Shown piece by piece: positions 25,912 to 32,000 of a DNA stretch of 32,000 nucleotides. The stretch lies in assembly GCA_030123625.1 (NCBI GenBank), contig CP126121.1, positions 814,179 to 846,178 of the forward strand. Reading direction: 5' to 3'. Source of the stretch: Nitrospira sp. (GTDB lineage Bacteria > Nitrospirota > Nitrospiria > Nitrospirales > Nitrospiraceae). The notes beneath the pieces were generated by a model that was not told the origin of the DNA, ran no database searches, and saw only the letters and a list, made by a program, of their open reading frames with translations. The position numbers and the translations under genes were made by a program. Numbering within the stretch: position 1 is the stretch's first letter; each line of letters opens with the position of its first letter.

Positions 25912-26248
25912 TCAGCCGCCCCCCTTTTGCGCCAGCCGCGTGTTGGTGCGCACGGACGATGGTGGAGTCGATCATCACATACTCAAAAGCTGGATCGCCG
26001 GCTAGCTGACGAAACATGCGCTCCCACACGCCTGCCTTTGCCCACCGGTTATACCGCTGAAACACACGGTTCCAGGTGCCGAACTGTTCCGGCAGCTCCC
26101 GCCAGTGTGCACCGGTCCGCGCGATCCACAGCACCGCATCCACGAATGTCCGGTTATCGGTTGCGGTCCGTCCTGGATCGCTCGCTTTGCCAGGCAACAA
26201 CTCTTTAATCCGCTTCCATTGGTCGTCTCGTAGCTCGCGTCTCGCCAT
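25898..26248 (-). CDS. IS5-family transposase, N-terminal ORF (orfA)
   Basis: Sequence MARRELRDDQWKRIKELLPGK......NRTFVDAVLWIARTGAHWRELPEQFG.WNRVFQRYNRWAKAGVWERMF is the typical IS5/IS427-group N-terminus. Confidence 0.85.
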   Translation of the reverse strand: MARRELRDDQWKRIKELLPGKASDPGRTATDNRTFVDAVLWIARTGAHWRELPEQFGTWNRVFQRYNRWAKAGVWERMFRQLAGDPAFEYVMIDSTIVRAHQHAAGAKGGRLRRSP

Positions 26249-26398
26249 CCTCCCTCCGGTGGGTGTTCAACAATGCCACACCAATGCCGAGGCGGAAGCT
26301 GAATGTCAACAGACCCTAGGAACATTGAGGCCTGCTCACTTGTAAAACAGGGGGCTTACCGTTATCCTTGCAACTGAGGTCTCTCAAGAGAGGTGATC

Positions 26399-26585
26399 AT
26401 GCCCTCCGCAAAAGAGCAGATCGCCAAGATCCTTCAAGATCAACCGGATGACAGCTCCATATGATGAGCTTCTACGAGAGTTAGCGTTCGCAAGAATGAT
26501 CGACAGAGGGCTCGCTGACTCTGATGCAGGAAAGATAATCAGCCATGAAGAGATGGGGCGCCGCATCAAGACATGGCAGAGCTGA
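26399..26585 (+). pseudogene. Frameshifted RelB/ParD-like antitoxin gene
   Basis: The ATG at 26399 (SD AGAGAGGTGA) gives MPSAKEQIAKILQDQPDDSS, then a stop at 26462. The +1 frame continues YDELLRELAFARMIDRGLADSDAGKIISHEEMGRRIKTWQS*. The length of 187 nt is consistent with a 1-nt insertion near 26459. It is absent from the ORF track. Confidence 0.7.
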
Positions 26586-26868
26586 CGTGAACGGCCGAAG
26601 CCGAACGATGACTGCGCGACGTCTATGACTACATCGCATTCGATAATCCATCCGCTGCCAACCGAACGATCGAAACCATCTATCTGAAAACCGAATCCTA
26701 CGAGAATTTCCACAATCAGGATACCGCTACTGGCAGAAACCGGGCCGACATATCCGCATCCTGCTTCACGGACATTATCGTATCGCTTACCTGATCAAGA
26801 ATTCAGACGCGATCGACATCATCGGCGTCTTCCATGGAGCACTCAATATCGACCGGTACCTACTCTAG
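26586..26868 (+). pseudogene. Decayed RelE/ParE-family toxin gene
   Basis: Hand translation gives TAEAER*LRDVYDYIAFDNPSAANRTIETIYLKTES. After a frameshift near 26695-26705 it continues EFPQSGYRYWQKPGRHIRILLHGHYRIAYLIKNSDAIDIIGVFHGALNIDRYLL*. Two in-frame TGA codons lie at 26588 and 26609. Confidence 0.7.
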
Positions 26869-27114
26869 GACCCGCACCGATCGCCCCTGCGCCAACCGCA
26901 TAGATGGCTTGCTTCGGATCATGGAAATTGGATGCCCAACGAGAAGTCACTTTTATACGCGTTCGACGGTCATACGTATTGCTGGGCCAGCCTATGCTAT
27001 CTTGAATGTGGAATCCCGTTATACACGTTATACAATTGAGTGCACAGTTGAAGATCCGACCCCCACTGTTTGCTTACACAGCGGGCCTGATAGATTGCTT
27101 CGCTGTGTACGGCT

Positions 27115-27774
27115 TCATCCTCCTGTCGCGCCATTCCTCTTGAACGATGAAATAACAGCCTCGGCAAATGCAGGGGGCTGTGGGAACTTGGCCCAATAGT
27201 CTCGTATCTTTCCCAGCGCACTCTGCTTTTCGCTGTCTTGAGACAGATGAAGAAGACTGTAGAGGGAATTCAGAGCTTCTCCATTACCTCTTGATATGTC
27301 CTCACCCAGATTCACATACATATGCAGGATGAAATTGCGCAATTCAGATTCCTTTTGTATTTTGTCCGATTCTTCTGATGATATGCCAAGAGGTGTCAAT
27401 GTCACGTGGTATTGATCCGGCTGGTACTGAATTATTGCTCCCGAAATAGCATCCGTCGTTGTGCCATAGAGGCCGGGAAATAAGATATTACCTAGAAACC
27501 ACCAATTCGTGGATTTGGCGAGTTTGATCTCCATATCCGAGTAACCGTTCTTCTTAATAACCACAACGGTATCACTGAAGAAAGATCGATCGACTACAAT
27601 ATTCGCAGGAGTGGTTCCAGAAGTAATGCCATTTACGACAACATGGGCACCTTCCGGGACAGAATTAAAGGTCATGGCTTGGCGCTTTCCATCTATGATA
27701 GAGGCGCAGCCAGAAATTAGGAAAACAAGCAGCAGAACCCACAATGACGCAGATCGCACGCACGAGTGAAGCAT
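27115..27774 (-). CDS. PEGA-domain lipoprotein
   Basis: Lipobox LISGC after a signal peptide, and a literal PEGA motif (NSVPEGAHVVVNG). The gene is visibly more AT-rich than its surroundings. Confidence 0.75.
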   Translation of the reverse strand: MLHSCVRSASLWVLLLVFLISGCASIIDGKRQAMTFNSVPEGAHVVVNGITSGTTPANIVVDRSFFSDTVVVIKKNGYSDMEIKLAKSTNWWFLGNILFPGLYGTTTDAISGAIIQYQPDQYHVTLTPLGISSEESDKIQKESELRNFILHMYVNLGEDISRGNGEALNSLYSLLHLSQDSEKQSALGKIRDYWAKFPQPPAFAEAVISSFKRNGATGG

Positions 27775-27812
27775 GGACTACCTCCTTGCCACGCAAGACC
27801 AAAACTAAACCG

Positions 27813-29225
27813 CTGTAGCTAGCCCATCATCTGTCCGCTTTTTGTAGCACATGAAGTGTCCGGTTTACGGTGCGCCCTCAAGGAGGGCCACCATGATGCG
27901 GGCGACAGTGCTACAGGAGGTGAGACGGATGCGATTTGAAGAGTTGTATGCGCGGCGACACCGAGGGGAACTGACCATGGCGGAGGCGGCGGAGCTGTTA
28001 GGCGTCACGGAACGGACGTTTCGCCGCTGGAGCGTCCGCTACGAAACCGAGGGTGTGGAGGGATTAGAAGATCGGCGGCTGGGCCGGGCCTCGGCTCGGG
28101 CGGTGCCGGTAGATGAAGCGCTTCGGATGGTGACGTTGTATGAGACACAGTACCGGGGCTGGACCGTGAAGCATTTTCATGAGCGCTGGCACCAAGAGCA
28201 TGGGGGGACGCGCTCCTACACGTGGACGAAGAACCGGCTGCAACGGGCAGGACACGTGACTCGGGCCTCCCGGCGCGGAGCGCATCGCAAGAAGCGGCCC
28301 CGCAAACCCTTGCCGGGGATGATGCTGCACCAAGACGGATCCCGGCATGAATGGGTACCGGGATGCCAATGGGATCTGATTGTGACTCTGGATGATGCGA
28401 CCAGCGAGATGTACTCGGCCTTCTTCGTCGAAGAAGAAGGGACGATGAGCAGTTTCCGGGGTCTGCGGGAGGTCATTGAAAAACAGGGCCTGTTCAGTTC
28501 CCTCTATACCGATCGCGGCTCGCACTACTGGTATACGGAGAAGACGGGAGGCAAGGTCGATAAGACGCGGCTCACGCAGGTGCATCGGGCGCTCCGGCAA
28601 TTGGGGATCACGCTCATTGCCGCCTATTCGCCGGAAGCGCGGGGCCGTTCCGAACGGGTCTTCCGCACCCTGCAAGATCGATTGCCCAAAGAGCTGGCCC
28701 TGGCCAGGATCACCACCATCGCAGCGGCCAACCGATATCTCACCGAGCAATTTCTTCCGGCCTACAATCGGCGGTTTGCCGTGCCGGCCGTCGAAGCGGG
28801 GACGGCCTTCGTCCCCTGGATTGGTTCGAACCTGGCCGAGATTCTCTGTGTGCAGGATGAGCGGGTGGTGGCCAATGACAACACGGTGCGCTATCAGGGC
28901 CAGCATCTGCAGATTCCGCCCGATCAACACCGGTTCCATTATGTGAAGACCACCGTGCGGGTCCATGCGTATCCCGATAGTACCTTGGCCGTGTTCCATG
29001 GCCCGCGATGCTTGGCGCGGTATCAGCCGGATGGGCGGGTGATCGAATCCAAAGACGCCCCTTCAAGCCGTCGCGGCCCGACCCGCCGATCGGGCGGCCG
29101 ACCGATCGTTGATCCTAGGCCAATTGTGCGCGAAAACATTTCGGCGCACGGCTGAAATTATTCGAGCGAAATACCGGACAGATCATGTGCTACATAAACC
29201 GGACAACTTAACTTGCTATCTACAG
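27813..29225 (+). mobile_element. ISNCY-like insertion sequence (1413 bp) with ~52-bp imperfect terminal inverted repeats and a 15-bp flanking direct repeat
   Basis: IRL at 27813-27864 and IRR at 29173-29225 share CTGTAG.TAGC...TGTCCG...GTAGCACATGA..TGTCCGGT. ACCAAAACTAAACCG flanks both ends (27798-27812 and 29226-29240). Confidence 0.88.
27893..29155 (+). CDS. DDE (rve-type) transposase, ISNCY-family-like
   Basis: HTH (LTMAEAAELLGVTERTFRRW), then ...LHQDGSRHEW...LDDATSE...YTDRGSHY...SPEARGRSERVFRTLQDRLPKEL...FLPAYNRRFAVP. The ATG at 27893, 6 nt after AGGAGG, is preferred. The ORF-track start at 27851 lies inside the terminal repeat. Confidence 0.85.
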   Translation: MMRATVLQEVRRMRFEELYARRHRGELTMAEAAELLGVTERTFRRWSVRYETEGVEGLEDRRLGRASARAVPVDEALRMVTLYETQYRGWTVKHFHERWHQEHGGTRSYTWTKNRLQRAGHVTRASRRGAHRKKRPRKPLPGMMLHQDGSRHEWVPGCQWDLIVTLDDATSEMYSAFFVEEEGTMSSFRGLREVIEKQGLFSSLYTDRGSHYWYTEKTGGKVDKTRLTQVHRALRQLGITLIAAYSPEARGRSERVFRTLQDRLPKELALARITTIAAANRYLTEQFLPAYNRRFAVPAVEAGTAFVPWIGSNLAEILCVQDERVVANDNTVRYQGQHLQIPPDQHRFHYVKTTVRVHAYPDSTLAVFHGPRCLARYQPDGRVIESKDAPSSRRGPTRRSGGRPIVDPRPIVRENISAHG

Positions 29226-29318
29226 ACCAAAACTAAACCGCTTGCTAGTCTTATCGGTTTAGCTCAGCCTTTTCTGAAGCTAGCTGGGATACTAGATGCG
29301 AGAACGCGAAAATAAGGG

Positions 29319-30560
<1,242 letters not shown>

Positions 30561-30820
30561 AAGAAGCAAGTCACGCCGCACGACGAATCTTAACGGTTAG
30601 ACGAACCGTCGCACCAAGCCGAGTGAGCATGTCAATGAGTGTGGTGGTGAAGAAGTCGATATGCCAGAGATCGCGGACGCGCGGCCGACCTTATGATCAT
30701 AGTCAGACTTGGCTATTGAGTGAGGAGTTTGTGTCCATGGATTCCGCCGACTCCTTCCCCCCTCACTACGCGCATGGATTGATCGTTCTGCAACCGTGAG
30801 AAGAATGTCCGCGAAGCCTG

Positions 30821-31033
30821 TCACACCGAAACTTCAACATATTCCACTTGGCTGCTTGGTGGTGGGATGGGCAGACTGTCTGCGCGAAGACCATCCAAAT
30901 GGAATTCTATCGCTTCGCGAATCATCGTTTCAGTTTCCTGGATCGTCGCACCGGTCGCAACACACCCAGGCAGGTCCGGCACATAGGCTGCGTAGTTAGA
31001 GGCGGCTTTTTCAATTACGATTGCATAGCGCAT
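30821..31033 (-). CDS. hicB: HicB-family antitoxin
   Basis: 70 aa reading MRYAIVIEKAASNYAAYVPDLPGCVATGATIQETETMIREAIEFHLDGL..., the canonical HicB N-terminal domain. It lies downstream of hicA. Confidence 0.85.
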   Translation of the reverse strand: MRYAIVIEKAASNYAAYVPDLPGCVATGATIQETETMIREAIEFHLDGLRADSLPIPPPSSQVEYVEVSV

Positions 31034-31043
31034 AATGGATCCT

Positions 31044-31232
31044 CTATTTCTTCCATCCAGCCTGTTTGAAGATACTGTTCAATGTTCCAGGTGACAACTC
31101 GTCGCTCGGCTTGCCTGCGACTGTCACTCGACCAGGCTTTATGGGATGCTTAAATTGTCGATGACTTCCCTTCGTGGCAACCAGATACCAGCTGTCCTCT
31201 CGCAATCGATCGAGAACCTGGCTGACTTTCAC
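31044..31232 (-). CDS. hicA: HicA-family toxin
   Basis: 62 aa containing ...LREDSWYLVATKGSHRQFKHPIKPGRVTVAGKPSDELSPGTLNSIFKQAGW, the canonical HicA pattern. Confidence 0.88.
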   Translation of the reverse strand: MKVSQVLDRLREDSWYLVATKGSHRQFKHPIKPGRVTVAGKPSDELSPGTLNSIFKQAGWKK

Positions 31233-31487
31233 GAAGCCAGCATACCTCAGTAGGAGCGAGAATCCAAGAACTGGAGACAGATATGAAAGCCCTACAGGCT
31301 ACAAATGGATGTAATGAGTCCGCCCTCTTACTCAATCATCGTGAGCATTTGAGTTCACCCTCATCGAAAAACAACGGATACAAACTACCTATGGTCTGCC
31401 ACCTTTCGTCGTTCGCCACGCAATCACAGCGGCGCCGAGAAGCATGAGCGAGTCGAGTATGAATGGGGCGCCGGGAAGTTCAAAAGA

Positions 31488-31517
31488 AGTGCTAAGTGTT
31501 GAGTGCTGAGTGCTGAG
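31488..31517. repeat. Short tandem heptamer repeat (AGTGCTG-like, 4 units)
   Basis: The sequence is agtgcta agtgttg agtgctg agtgctg ag, read directly. Confidence 0.8.
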
Positions 31518-31708
31518 AATGAAATCAGATCGGATGAAGTAGGCGAAGGTCTGCGTGAAGAGGGTCGGGCCGATCGGGCCCCCATGCGGCTCACGATCGC
31601 GTTCGGTTGAACTATCTGCACTGATAAGTCGAGCTGAGTTGACAGGTTTCACAAGCGCCCATAGAATCAGTTCAATACGCGCCGTCCGCGCGGAGGACTG
31701 GAGAAGCC

Positions 31709-31915
31709 ATGAGGCACATCTCGGCTCACTATGATGGAGAGAAAGTCGTCCTGGACGAACCAGTGTTACTTTCCGCTAATACGCCGGTTAAGGTCGTTAT
31801 CCCGGATTCCGAAGAAGAACTGATGGCCCTCAAGACCGACGTATTCCTCGCCTCCTTACCCAGCCTCGCGCGAATCTGGAACAACCCTCGCGATGCCGAA
31901 TATGACAAGTTATGA
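31709..31915 (+). CDS. Putative antitoxin with a DUF104/AF2212-like N-terminal segment
   Basis: 68 aa. ISAHYDGEKVVLDEPVLLSANTPVKVVIPD resembles the DUF104 pattern (xAxYENGVxKPLExVxLxEGxxVxVxI). It overlaps the downstream MazF-like gene by 14 nt. Confidence 0.55.
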   Translation: MRHISAHYDGEKVVLDEPVLLSANTPVKVVIPDSEEELMALKTDVFLASLPSLARIWNNPRDAEYDKL

Positions 31916-32000
31916 CCGGGGCGATGTCGTCCTGGCCATCTTGCCGTTCTCGGATTTAACAGGAATCAAACAACGTCCGGCTGTTGTGGTGAGTGCCTCT
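31902..32000 (+). CDS. MazF/PemK-family toxin, N-terminal fragment running off the window
   Basis: Hand translation from the ATG at 31902 gives MTSYDRGDVVLAILPFSDLTGIKQRPAVVVSAS..., the typical MazF/PemK N-terminus. It is not in the ORF track because it is truncated by the window edge. Confidence 0.7.
   Translation, partial: MTSYDRGDVVLAILPFSDLTGIKQRPAVVVSAS

Larger units (their letters stand above)
25481..26316 (-). mobile_element. IS5-family (IS427/IS1031-like) insertion sequence, 836 bp
   Basis: Terminal inverted repeats GAGTCTGTTGACATTCA (25481-) and, as reverse complement at 26316, GGGTCTGTTGACATTCA. Both ends are flanked by TA within a CTAG context. A two-ORF DDE transposase lies inside. 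Confidence 0.88.

Noticed and set aside
25898-25925. Programmed -1 ribosomal frameshift on the AAAAGGGGGG run of the IS5-family transposase
   Set aside because: The downstream DDE frame is +1, not -1, relative to orfA. Both alternative frames entered at the A4G6 run hit stop codons before the DDE frame opens at 25911.
26384-26713. 109-aa ORF on the - strand
   Set aside because: It lies antisense to the recognisable but decayed antitoxin and toxin pseudogenes on the + strand and has no motif of its own.
26834-27199. 121-aa + strand ORF between the TA pseudogenes and the PEGA gene
   Set aside because: It has no SD and no recognisable domain, overlaps the 3' end of the PEGA gene on the other strand, and has an atypical composition.
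30561-30820. Small ORFs (84 aa on +, 75 aa on -) between the IS110-family element and hicB
   Set aside because: All six frames were translated by eye. Only short fragments without recognisable motifs were found (for example ...VRDLWHIDFFTTTLIDMLTRLG...). This may be a gene remnant or part of the IS110 end, but it is not supportable as a feature.
31389-31652. 87-aa - strand ORF whose C-terminus (ELPGAPFILDSLMLLGAAVIAWRTTKGGRP) resembles a PEP-CTERM sorting signal
   Set aside because: The literal PEP motif is absent (PGAP) and there is a charged Asp in the putative helix. The N-terminal part has no signal peptide and is partly encoded by the AGTGCTG heptamer repeat. At best it is a remnant, and I cannot support it as a gene.

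Overview
Two very different halves. Positions 1-21.6 kb hold a near-complete bacterial ammonia-oxidation supercluster. On the + strand are three tandem AmoD/AmoE (PmoD-family) paralogues, copC, a multidomain copD and amoCAB. On the - strand are a System I cytochrome c maturation operon (ccmABCDEFGHI), then haoA-haoB-cycA-cycB. An IS-end remnant, an unknown membrane protein and a MOSC-domain gene sit between the amo and hao blocks. From memory, this gene order and linkage best fits a comammox-type Nitrospira rather than a betaproteobacterial ammonia oxidiser, but I could not run a search. Positions 21.6-32 kb are accessory DNA with five toxin-antitoxin modules (one decayed and missing from the ORF track). 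They also hold three IS elements (IS5-family, ISNCY-like, IS110-family), a truncated symporter and a partly duplicated DUF2127 gene flanking a hicBA cassette. I saw no rRNA, tRNA or CRISPR array. All family calls rest on motifs and remembered sequence patterns, not database searches. Most long antisense ORFs in the track look like codon-bias artefacts.
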